A DNA stretch of 32,000 bases from Micrococcus luteus NCTC 2665 (GCF_000023205.1 NC_012803.1:1290001-1322000), one strand, 5' to 3'; numbered from the stretch's first letter, positions 17,252 through 25,071 are shown. Program-made: numbers and translations. The notes: a model not told the origin generated them from the letters alone.

Positions 17252-18058
17252 GTGAAGGCACTTTCGCAGAACCGACGCCATCCCCTGATGGGGCTGGCGC
17301 TCCTCCTGCTGGGACTCCTGGTGACCGGCGGACTGTACTCCGTCGCGAGCACCGTGAACCAGGCACAGGCGGCCACGCAGGTCACCGCGGCCGCCTCGGC
17401 TGATGACATCACCGAGGGCGAGAAGCTCTTCAACGCCAACTGCGCCTCCTGCCACGGCATGGGCGCCGCGGGGGGCCCCTCCGGCCCGTCCCTGATCGGC
17501 GTCGGCGCCGCGTCCGTCGACTTCCAGGTCGGCACCGGCCGCATGCCCATGCAGATGAACGGCCCGCAGGCCCCGGCCAAGCCGAACCAGTTCAACGAGG
17601 AGCAGACCGCTCAGCTCGCCGCCTACGTCGCCTCCCTCGGCGCCGGCCCGGCCATCCCCGAGGACGAGTACCTCGACATCAACCGCGAGGACGTGGACAT
17701 CACCCGTGGCGGCGACCTGTTCCGCATCAACTGCGCCATGTGCCACAACGCAGCTGCGGCCGGCGGTGCGCTCACCCGCGGCAAGTACGCCCCGTCTCTG
17801 CAGGGCGTCGAGGAGAAGCACATCTACGAGGCCATGGAGACCGGCCCGCAGAACATGCCGGTGTTCTCCGACTCGAACATCAAGCCCGAGGACAAGCGCG
17901 ACATCATCGCCTACCTCAAGACCATCGAGAACCAGGGCTCCCCCGGCGGCCTCACCCTCGGCTCGCTCGGCCCCGTCTCCGAGGGCCTGTTCATCTGGAC
18001 CGCGGGCCTGGCGCTGATCATCGGCTTCATGGTCTGGCTCACCAGCCGGTCCTCCTGA
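17252..18058 (+). CDS. qcrC: cytochrome bc1 complex dihaem cytochrome c subunit
   Basis: The GTG start is preceded by AGGAAA. The 268-aa product has two CxxCH haem motifs (CASCH, CAMCH) and a C-terminal TM anchor. Confidence 0.9.
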   Translation: MKALSQNRRHPLMGLALLLLGLLVTGGLYSVASTVNQAQAATQVTAAASADDITEGEKLFNANCASCHGMGAAGGPSGPSLIGVGAASVDFQVGTGRMPMQMNGPQAPAKPNQFNEEQTAQLAAYVASLGAGPAIPEDEYLDINREDVDITRGGDLFRINCAMCHNAAAAGGALTRGKYAPSLQGVEEKHIYEAMETGPQNMPVFSDSNIKPEDKRDIIAYLKTIENQGSPGGLTLGSLGPVSEGLFIWTAGLALIIGFMVWLTSRSS

Positions 18059-18127
18059 TCCCATCGGCGCAGGCGCGCCGACCACCCGTCATCGACATTC
18101 GTCACTCGAGTAAAGGAAACAGGACAT

Positions 18128-19204
18128 ATGGGCGAGAAAGGCTTTGAAGGGACCGAGCACCGCTCGGGTTCCCTCGAGCACGCCGGCGAGGACGCGCCCC
18201 GGTACGCGATCGACAACCCGGGCCTGCCTCCGCACCGTCCGCGTCTGACCGATGTGGATCCGAAGGCCGCGAAGCGCGCCGAGCGTCAGGTCTCGGTCAT
18301 GTTCCTCATCTCCATCGTGGGCACGGTGCTCTTCTTCATCGGCTACTTCGGCGTGGGGCAGATCGGCAACGGTGAGCCGTTCAGCAAGATCTACCTGCAG
18401 AACCTGCTGCTCGGCCTGGGCACCGCCCTCGCCATGTTCGGCATCGGCATCGGCGTGGTGCACTGGGCCAGGACCCTGATGCCGGACCACGAGACCATCG
18501 AAGACCGTCATGAGATCCGCTCGGAGGACGACCGCGTGGCCGCCGAGCGGATGATCTCCGAGATCCTGGACGAGTCGCAGATCAAGCGCCGCCCCCTGCT
18601 GCGCAACACCCTGATCGGTGCCGCCCTGCTTGCGCCCCTGCCGTTCATCGCCGTGTTCCGCGACCTGGACGACTCGGACAACTTCTCGGACGAGGAGACC
18701 CACAACTTCGGACCGGAGCGTCTGCGCCACACCATGTGGGCCGAGGGCGTGCGCCTCGTGCGCGACCCCACCGGCTCCCCCATCAAGGCCTCGGACGTCA
18801 CGCTCGGCTCCGCTGTGCACGTCATCCCCGACGGCCTGAACGACCTGGGCGACGACAAGCTCAACCAGAAGGCCAAGGCCGTCGTCCTGCTCATGCGCCT
18901 CGACCCCGCCAAGGTGGAGATCTCCCCGGGTCGCGAGGACTGGAACGTGGACGGGATCTTCGCCTACTCCAAGGTCTGCACGCACGTGGGCTGCCCGATC
19001 GCCCTGTACGAGCAGAACACCCACCACCTGCTCTGCCCCTGCCACCAGTCGACCTTCGACCTGACGCAGGAGTGCAAGGTCATCTTCGGCCCGGCCAGCC
19101 ACGCGCTGCCGCAGCTGCCGATCACCGTGGACGACGAGGGCTACCTCGTGGCCCAGAGCGATTTCCATGAGCCCGTCGGGCCTGTCTACTGGGAGCGTGG
19201 CTGA
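18128..19204 (+). CDS. qcrA: cytochrome bc1 complex Rieske iron-sulfur subunit
   Basis: 358 aa. The Rieske boxes CTHVGCP and CPCHQSTF are present, along with N-terminal TM helices and an AAAGGA ribosome-binding site. Confidence 0.9.
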   Translation: MGEKGFEGTEHRSGSLEHAGEDAPRYAIDNPGLPPHRPRLTDVDPKAAKRAERQVSVMFLISIVGTVLFFIGYFGVGQIGNGEPFSKIYLQNLLLGLGTALAMFGIGIGVVHWARTLMPDHETIEDRHEIRSEDDRVAAERMISEILDESQIKRRPLLRNTLIGAALLAPLPFIAVFRDLDDSDNFSDEETHNFGPERLRHTMWAEGVRLVRDPTGSPIKASDVTLGSAVHVIPDGLNDLGDDKLNQKAKAVVLLMRLDPAKVEISPGREDWNVDGIFAYSKVCTHVGCPIALYEQNTHHLLCPCHQSTFDLTQECKVIFGPASHALPQLPITVDDEGYLVAQSDFHEPVGPVYWERG

Positions 19205-19209
19205 CACCT

Positions 19210-20904
19210 ATGAGCACCACCGTGAATGAGTTCCAGCCGGCGACCACGACCGGCCGCATCGCGAACTTCGTCGACACCCGCATGGGCATGTCGCCGATCG
19301 TGAAGTTCTTCGGCCGCAAGATCTTCCCGGACCACTGGACGTTCATGTTCGGCGAGGTCGCCCTGTACAGCTTTGTCATCCTGCTGCTGTCCGGCGCATT
19401 CCTCACCCTCTTCTTCGACCCCTCCATGTCCGAGGTCGTCTACGAGGGGGCCTACGCCCCGCTGCGCGGCATCGAGATGTCCGCGGCCTACGCTTCGACC
19501 CTCGACATCTCGTTCGACGTGCGCGGCGGTCTGTTCATGCGCCAGCTGCACCACTGGGCCGCGCTGATGTTCGTGGCGGCCATGTCCGTGCACATGCTGC
19601 GCGTGTTCTTCACCGGCGCGTTCCGTCGCCCGCGTGAGCTGAACTGGCTGGTCGGCTGCTTCCTGCTGATGGCCGGCTGGGCCGCCGGCTTCACCGGCTA
19701 CTCCCTGCCCGATGAGGTGCTCTCCGGCAACGGCCTGCGCATCATCGACGGCATCCTGAAGGCGCTGCCCCTCGTGGGCACCTATCTCTCCGCCTTCTTC
19801 TTCGGCGGCGAGTTCCCCGGCCATTCGGTCATCGGCCGCCTGTACGCCCTGCACATCATGATCGTGCCGGCCGCCATCCTGCTGCTGATCGGCATCCACC
19901 TGTTCATGGTCGTCGTGCACAAGCACACCCAGTACCCGGGCCCGGGCCGCACCGAGGACAACGTGGTCGGCTATCCGGTGGGCCCCGTGTACGCAGCCAA
20001 GGCCGGCGGCTTCTTCTTCATCGTGTTCGGTGTGCTCGCGCTCATCGCCTCCACGGTGACGATCAACGCCAACTGGTACTACGGCCCGTACGATCCGTCC
20101 CCGGTGCAGGCCGGCACCCAGCCTGACTGGTACATCGGCGTGTTCGACGGCGCCCTGCGCCTGATGCCGGGCATGATCGGCGACTTCTCCTTCCTCTGGA
20201 ACATCCCCATGCCGTGGGGCTCCTCGGTCTCGCTGCCCATGGGCGTGCTCGTGCCGCTGATCCCGGTCGGCGTCCTGCTCGTCGGCATGTGCGCCTGGCC
20301 GTGGATCGAGCGCTGGATCACCAAGGACGACACCGAGCACCACCTGCTCGACCGTCCGCGCAACGCCCCGGCCCGCACGGGCATCGGCGTGGCCGCCGTC
20401 GTCTGGTACTGCGTCATGTGGGCGGCCGCCTCCTCGGACCTCATCGCCACCCACTTCCACCTCTCCCTGAACGACGTGCTGTACGTGCTGCGCGCGCTGT
20501 TCTTCCTCGGCCCGGTGATCGCCTTCATCGTGACCCGCCGTATCTGCCTGTCCCTGCAGCGCAAGGACCGTGAGCTGGTGCTCCACGGCCTCGAGACCGG
20601 CGTCATCGAGATGTCCCCCGAGGGCGGCTTCCACGAGCGTCACCGCCAGCTGACCGACTACGAGCTGTACCGCCTGGTGGCCTTCGAGGACCGTCGCCCG
20701 GTGCCGGCCATCCCCGGCCCCAACGGCAAGGTGGGCATGCTGGAGAAGGTCCGTGCCGGCCTGAACCGCATGTTCTACCAGGAGCGCGTCGCCCCGGTCT
20801 CCCGCGAGGAGCTGGTGGAGGCCCGCACCCACGGGCAGCACGGCCACGAGGAGCACCCCGTCGAGCTCGGACACGGCTCGGACGCTCCTCATCTGGAGCG
20901 CTGA
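19210..20904 (+). CDS. qcrB: cytochrome bc1 complex cytochrome b subunit
   Basis: 564 aa and polytopic. The segments RQLHHWAALMFVAAMSVHMLRVFFTGAFR and YALHIMIVPA carry the haem-b His ligands. The start is 6 nt after the qcrA stop. Confidence 0.9.
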   Translation: MSTTVNEFQPATTTGRIANFVDTRMGMSPIVKFFGRKIFPDHWTFMFGEVALYSFVILLLSGAFLTLFFDPSMSEVVYEGAYAPLRGIEMSAAYASTLDISFDVRGGLFMRQLHHWAALMFVAAMSVHMLRVFFTGAFRRPRELNWLVGCFLLMAGWAAGFTGYSLPDEVLSGNGLRIIDGILKALPLVGTYLSAFFFGGEFPGHSVIGRLYALHIMIVPAAILLLIGIHLFMVVVHKHTQYPGPGRTEDNVVGYPVGPVYAAKAGGFFFIVFGVLALIASTVTINANWYYGPYDPSPVQAGTQPDWYIGVFDGALRLMPGMIGDFSFLWNIPMPWGSSVSLPMGVLVPLIPVGVLLVGMCAWPWIERWITKDDTEHHLLDRPRNAPARTGIGVAAVVWYCVMWAAASSDLIATHFHLSLNDVLYVLRALFFLGPVIAFIVTRRICLSLQRKDRELVLHGLETGVIEMSPEGGFHERHRQLTDYELYRLVAFEDRRPVPAIPGPNGKVGMLEKVRAGLNRMFYQERVAPVSREELVEARTHGQHGHEEHPVELGHGSDAPHLER

Positions 20905-20925
20905 CCCCGGTCGGCTGATCCCCTG

Positions 20926-20963
20926 CGAAGGGCCCCGCGCACCATGGTGCGCGGGGCCCTTCG
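20926..20963 (+). terminator. qcrCAB operon terminator hairpin
   Basis: A perfect 38-nt palindrome CGAAGGGCCCCGCGCACCATGGTGCGCGGGGCCCTTCG lies 22 nt after the qcrB stop. There is no U-tract, as is common in actinobacteria. Confidence 0.7.
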
Positions 20964-21030
20964 GCGTCCCGGGGCGGGCCGCCCGAGGTCGTAGCGGGCG
21001 CCATGAGGGGGTCCAGCGCCCTGCCCCCGT

Positions 21031-21036
21031 TACCTT
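21031..21036 (+). promoter_or_regulatory. candidate -10 hexamer TACCTT at the start of the IS110 left end
   Basis: It fits the actinobacterial TANNNT consensus. No -35 is present upstream in the integrated state, but one is supplied by the right end if the ends are abutted. It lies about 9 nt upstream of the first hairpin. Confidence 0.35.
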
Positions 21037-21044
21037 CTTCGTGG

Positions 21045-21228
21045 CTCCTGGATCCGGCAGGATCAGGGAGTGCTGGCCGGCCGGTCCTGGGCATGATCGT
21101 TTGCCCCCAGTCATCCATGATCCGGGGGGTGTTGTCACCCAGGACCGGTCCGGTGGTCACGGATCGCTGATAGAGGCAGGACCCGGCTGACAAGGGCCTT
21201 CGTAACGTGGATGCCGAGCGTGATCACC
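21045..21228 (+). ncRNA. candidate IS110 bridge RNA (5' stem-loop + two internal-loop hairpins)
   Basis: Hairpin 21045-21070 pairs CTCCTGGATCC with GGATCAGGGAG around a GGCA loop. Hairpin 21081-21148 has a perfect 11-bp stem CCGGTCCTGGG/CCCAGGACCGG. Hairpin 21152-21228 has a 10-bp stem GGTGGTCACG/CGTGATCACC with one G.U pair. Interior segments match the element junctions; details are in the findings. Confidence 0.5.
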
Positions 21229-21275
21229 TCCCGGCCGGCCAGCACACGCCACCGGCGCACCAGAAGGGAACGATC

Positions 21276-22502
21276 ATGACAGCACAGCAGCACCCGGCCG
21301 TGTTCATCGGCCTTGACGTCGGCAAGGCCGAGCACCACGCCGTGGCCCTCACCGCGGCCGGGAAAAAGGTCTACGACAAGGCCCTGCCCAACGACGAGAC
21401 CCGCCTACGCGGCATCCTCGACGAGCTCGCCCGCGCCCACGGGCCCGCGCTGCTCGTCGTCGATCAACCGGCCACGATCGGCGCCCTGCCCGTGGCCGTG
21501 GCCCAGGCCTGCGACGGCGTTGAGGTGGCGTACCTGCCCGGGCTGGCGATGCGACGGATCGCTGACCTGCACCCCGGCTCGGCCAAGACCGACGCCAAGG
21601 ACGCGGCGATCATCGCTGAAGCAGCCCGCACGATGCCCCATACGCTGCGCTCCATCCGAGTCGATGAGGAACAGATCGCCGAGCTGGCCATGCTCGCCGG
21701 GTTCGATGACGACCTCGCCGCGCAGATCACCGCGACCTCGAACCGGCTGCGCGGACTCCTCACCCAGATCCACCCCGCGCTCGAGCGCGTGCTCGGGCCC
21801 AGGATCACCCACCCCGCCGTGGCAGACCTTCTCGGCCGCTACCCCACCCCGGCACAGCTCAGAACGGCTGGGCCGGGGCATGTGCGGGCCAGGCTGCGCA
21901 AGCACGCCCCACGCCTGGCCGCTTCTCTCACGGAACAGATCTTCCAAGCCCTGGACGAGCAGTCCGTGGTCGTGGCCGGCACGCAGGCCGCGGCCACCGT
22001 GGTCCCGATCCTGGCAGAACAGCTCGCCGGCCTGACCCGTCAGCGGGCCGGCCTGGCCTCCCAGGTGGAGGCTGCAGTGGAGGCCCACCCTCTTCACCCG
22101 GTCCTGATCTCGATGCCCGGAGTAGGGATCAGGACCGCCGCACGCATCCTCACTGAAGTTGTGGGCAAGGACTTCGTCGATGCCGGGCATCTGGCCTCCT
22201 ACGCCGGGATCGCCCCGGTCACCCGACGCTCCGGGACCTCGATCCGCGGAGAGCACGTAGCCCGGGGCGGGAACAAGCGACTGAAGCGGGCCCTGTTCCT
22301 CTCAGCGTTCGCTTCGCTGTCACACCCGCCTTCCAGGGCGTACTACGACCGCAAACGAGCCCAGGGCAAACGCCACAACCAGGCGCTGATCGCGCTGGCC
22401 CGGCGCCGCACGGACGTGCTCTACGCGATGCTCCGCGATGGCACCCTGTATCAAGATCCGACCGCCCCGCCAGCACCATCATCAGTCGCTCTCGCGGCTT
22501 GA
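21276..22502 (+). CDS. IS110-family transposase/recombinase (DEDD RuvC-like domain + C-terminal Tnp domain)
   Basis: ATG 21276 is preceded by GAAGGGAA, giving 408 aa. Motifs are VFIGLDVGKAEHH, SAKTDAKDAAIIA, SMPGVGIRTAARIL and GIAPVTRRSGTS (conserved Ser region). Confidence 0.9.
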   Translation: MTAQQHPAVFIGLDVGKAEHHAVALTAAGKKVYDKALPNDETRLRGILDELARAHGPALLVVDQPATIGALPVAVAQACDGVEVAYLPGLAMRRIADLHPGSAKTDAKDAAIIAEAARTMPHTLRSIRVDEEQIAELAMLAGFDDDLAAQITATSNRLRGLLTQIHPALERVLGPRITHPAVADLLGRYPTPAQLRTAGPGHVRARLRKHAPRLAASLTEQIFQALDEQSVVVAGTQAAATVVPILAEQLAGLTRQRAGLASQVEAAVEAHPLHPVLISMPGVGIRTAARILTEVVGKDFVDAGHLASYAGIAPVTRRSGTSIRGEHVARGGNKRLKRALFLSAFASLSHPPSRAYYDRKRAQGKRHNQALIALARRRTDVLYAMLRDGTLYQDPTAPPAPSSVALAA

Positions 22503-22504
22503 CG
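22499..22504 (+). promoter_or_regulatory. candidate outward-facing -35 hexamer TTGACG in the IS110 right end
   Basis: It overlaps the transposase stop codon. It lies 15 nt from the inferred right end, so end-joining would place it 16-18 nt upstream of TACCTT at 21031. Confidence 0.35.
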
Positions 22505-23051
22505 AAAACCATAGAGGCACCCCCCCGACTTGCCGGGTCGGCGAACTGCGCTGTGGGGTAGTCGTACGGCGGCCCCCTCGGGTGGGCCTGAGCAATGGTG
22601 CGCCTCGCTGGTCGCGGCCGACCGGTTCTGGCACGGACTGGCGTGCGTCCGGTCCGCGACGGCGGATGCTGGGCGGACGCAGGTGGCCTTCCTCGGGGGA
22701 CGTCCCGAGAGACTGCAGGAGACGGGCACCGTCGATGGTCTGGGTCCTCAAGCGGCTTTTCCTCCCACGCGGGCTCAAGAAGGTGAGCCGGTGCCCTGCC
22801 ATGGGGTGGGTGCTGCGACATCCGTTCATCCTCGGAGAGGAGTCCGCGCATCGGCCTCGCCCTCGCACACCACCGCCGCCTGTACCGTCCGCTGCGCCCG
22901 CCCACCACTTGTGCCCCACGACACCGGTTGCGCCCGGGCACGGTCGGACCTGGCGCCACCGGTCCGGAATCCTCCGCCTGCGAACTCCCGACAGCAGGGG
23001 AAGACCGCCGCCAGACGCCTCAGCGGGTCGCCGCCGCAGGCCGAGGCGCAC

Positions 23052-23059
23052 GGTGCACC
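23052..23059. repeat. target-site duplication of IS256 copy B (GGTGCACC), left copy
   Basis: It is identical to 24485-24492. The preceding C also matches. The 8-mer is itself a perfect palindrome. Confidence 0.75.
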
Positions 23060-24484
23060 AGTTGAGTCCCGCATAGTGGTGTAGCGCCCGGTGGTCGGGC
23101 ACGTCGTTCCAGACGTGGACGCGGCCACCGTGTGATCCTTCGAGTCAACCTCTCACAGAATCCTCGAACGGAGTCATCACGATGACCGCTCCTCATATTG
23201 TCGACCCTGCCGGCCTGCTCGGCGAAGCCCTGTCCGAAGCATCCCCGGATTTGATGCGTTCGTTGCTGCAGACCGTGATCAACTCCCTGCTCTCCGCTGA
23301 CGCCGACGCGGTGGTCGGCGCCGAATGGGGTAAACCCACCCCGGGCCGAGCTACCCAGCGCAACGGGTACCGGCACCGGGACCTGGACACCCGGGTCGGG
23401 ACCCTGGACGTGGCGATCCCCAAACTCAGGTCGGGCACGTACTTCCCGGAGTGGCTGCTCGAGCGCCGCAAAAGGGCCGAATCCGCGCTGATCACGGTGG
23501 TCGCCGACTGCTACCTGGCCGGGGTCTCGACCCGGCGGATGGACAAACTGGTCAAGACCCTCGGGATCAACGCGCTGTCGAAGTCCCAGGTCTCGCGGAT
23601 GGCCACCGAGCTGGACGAGCAGGTCGAGTCCTTCCGTCATCGCCCGCTCGGGGAGGCTGGGCCGTTCACGTTCGTGGCCGCCGACGCGCTGAGCATGAAG
23701 GTCCGCGAGGGCGGCCGGGTGGTCAACGCCGTGGTGCTGCTGGCCACCGGGGTCAATGGTGACGGCCACCGCGAGGTCCTCGGCCTGCGGGTGGCCACCT
23801 CGGAGACGGGGTCGGCGTGGAACGAGTTCTTCGCCGACCTGGTGGCCCGGGGCCTGACCGGAGTCCGCCTGGTCACTTCCGACGCCCACACCGGGCTCAA
23901 GGACGCCATCGCCGCGAACCTGCCCGGAGCGACCTGGCAGCGGTGCCGGACCCACTACGCGGCGAACCTGATGGGCATCACCCCCAAGTCCATGTGGCCG
24001 GCCGTGAAGGCCATGCTGCACTCGGTGTATGACCAGCCCGACGCCGCCAGCGTGGACGCCCAGTTCGACCGGCTGCTGGACTACGTCAGCGAAAAGCTGC
24101 CCGCGGTGGCCGAACACCTCGATGGTGCCCGGGCGGACATCCTGGCGTTCACCACGTTCCCCAAGGACGTGTGGACCCAGATCTGGTCGAACAACCCGGC
24201 CGAACGGCTCAACCGCGAGATCCGGCGTCGCACCGACGCCGTGGGCATCTTCCCGAACCGGGCAGCGATCGTGCGCCTGGTCGGGGCGGTGCTGGCTGAG
24301 CAGACCGATGAGTGGGCCGAGGGCCGCCGCTACCTCGGCCTCGAGGTGTTGGCCCGCTGCCGCCTCACCACCGTGGACGACACCGGGAACGAGGTGAACG
24401 CCGAACCGGAAACCACCCTCGAACTCAGCGCCTAACAGCACCAATGGAGGATCAGAGCGTTACACCACTACTCGGGACTTGACC
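23060..24484 (+). mobile_element. IS256-family insertion sequence, copy B (about 1425 bp), inverted relative to copy A
   Basis: The length and transposase are the same as copy A. The ends are AGTTGAGTCCCGCATAGTGGTGTAGCGC ... GCGTTACACCACTACTCGGGACTTGACC. It is flanked by an 8-bp direct repeat. Confidence 0.9.
23182..24435 (+). CDS. IS256-family (Mutator-type) transposase
   Basis: The 417-aa translation is identical to the copy A transposase. Confidence 0.95.
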   Translation: MTAPHIVDPAGLLGEALSEASPDLMRSLLQTVINSLLSADADAVVGAEWGKPTPGRATQRNGYRHRDLDTRVGTLDVAIPKLRSGTYFPEWLLERRKRAESALITVVADCYLAGVSTRRMDKLVKTLGINALSKSQVSRMATELDEQVESFRHRPLGEAGPFTFVAADALSMKVREGGRVVNAVVLLATGVNGDGHREVLGLRVATSETGSAWNEFFADLVARGLTGVRLVTSDAHTGLKDAIAANLPGATWQRCRTHYAANLMGITPKSMWPAVKAMLHSVYDQPDAASVDAQFDRLLDYVSEKLPAVAEHLDGARADILAFTTFPKDVWTQIWSNNPAERLNREIRRRTDAVGIFPNRAAIVRLVGAVLAEQTDEWAEGRRYLGLEVLARCRLTTVDDTGNEVNAEPETTLELSA

Positions 24485-24492
24485 GGTGCACC
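24485..24492. repeat. target-site duplication of IS256 copy B (GGTGCACC), right copy
   Basis: It is identical to 23052-23059 and abuts the IS right end. Confidence 0.75.
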
Positions 24493-24949
24493 TGCAAGCT
24501 GAAGGACACAGGCGGTGCCCCTGGCGGTGACACGGGGAGCTCTGACGGCCTCACGGCGAAGCCGGACCTGTCGCCGCGTATGGCATCGGTGCCCGGGTGG
24601 GGTGCACCGAGCTGCAACTCAGCGATCGACCGGCACACCCCCCCTGTCCCGGACCGAGGCGTGGGAGGACGAACCGGCCTGTCACTGCGACGGTGGTGGT
24701 CTCGCTCGGGCGTGCACCTGCGAGGCCCAGCGTTGCGAGGTGTCGGCGATGGGGGCGGGACACGACGATCACCGTCGGCCCCCTACCCCGGTGGTGACGC
24801 TCCCCGGGCTTGGCTGGCCCGACGGGTGTCAGCGGCGTCATGCCACCCCTCCCACACGACGCGGCGTTCTCCGATCGCCCAGAGCGGGTGCGAGGCGTGC
24901 GATCGCCGCCACACCACCGTGACGGGCGGTCGTGCCGTCCACTCCCTGG

Positions 24950-24955
24950 CCGTGC
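24950..24955. repeat. target-site duplication of the IS21 element (CCGTGC), left copy
   Basis: It is identical to 27602-27607 and abuts the TGT... terminus. Confidence 0.65.
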
Positions 24956-25071
24956 TGTAAGCGGCCATGAAAAGCTGCCCATAGGTGGCCAGGGAATGAC
25001 CCGCTGACGGCCATGAGGACTGCCCAGTGATGGCCACGGGAACTGCCCGGTGCTGGCCATCTGGTTTGCCC
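24956..25071 (+). repeat. IS21 left terminal region with about five direct repeat units (transposase binding sites)
   Basis: The units are GGCCATGAAAAGCTGCCCA, GGCCAGGGAATGACCCGC, GGCCATGAGGACTGCCCA, GGCCACGGGAACTGCCCG and GGCCATCTGGTTTGCCCG. The region is the inverted counterpart of 27508-27601. Confidence 0.7.

Larger units (their letters stand above)
21029..22519 (+). mobile_element. IS110-family insertion sequence (about 1.49 kb; boundaries +/-10 bp)
   Basis: It carries a DEDD-type IS110 transposase gene with a long non-coding left end (about 246 bp) and a very short right end (17 bp), and no terminal inverted repeats. The ends are inferred from matches between left-end loop sequences and the two junctions, and from the shared CCCCCG at 21024-21029 and 22522-22527. 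Confidence 0.65.

Noticed and set aside
19186-21138. A 650-aa minus-strand ORF antisense to qcrB. The similar 541-aa plus-strand ORF at 28330-29955 is antisense to ctaD.
   Set aside because: Both lie opposite unmistakable cytochrome b and CtaD coding frames and have low-complexity Gly/Asp/His/Arg-rich translations. They are GC-driven shadow ORFs.
22520-23051. The hairpin-rich non-coding DNA downstream of the IS110 element was considered as a group II intron, a retron ncRNA, or an IS1111-type right-end guide RNA.
   Set aside because: No reverse-transcriptase ORF is present. No domain-V-like GAAA-tetraloop helix or GUGYG 5' end was found. The loop-to-junction matches place the IS110 right end only 17 nt after the stop codon, so this DNA lies outside the element.
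12951-24492. A composite transposon (IS256-genes-IS256) that transposed into this locus as one unit.
   Set aside because: A unit insertion would leave one shared TSD at the two outer ends. Instead each copy is flanked on both sides by its own 8-mer (CGTACGGC versus GGTGCACC). The enclosed genes also keep the conserved actinobacterial trpD-ctaE-qcrCAB synteny.
24956-25071. Short, regularly spaced direct repeats that could suggest a mini CRISPR array.
   Set aside because: The units are degenerate, spaced by only a few nucleotides and mirrored at the other end of the istAB element. They are IS21 terminal transposase-binding repeats. No cas genes are present.
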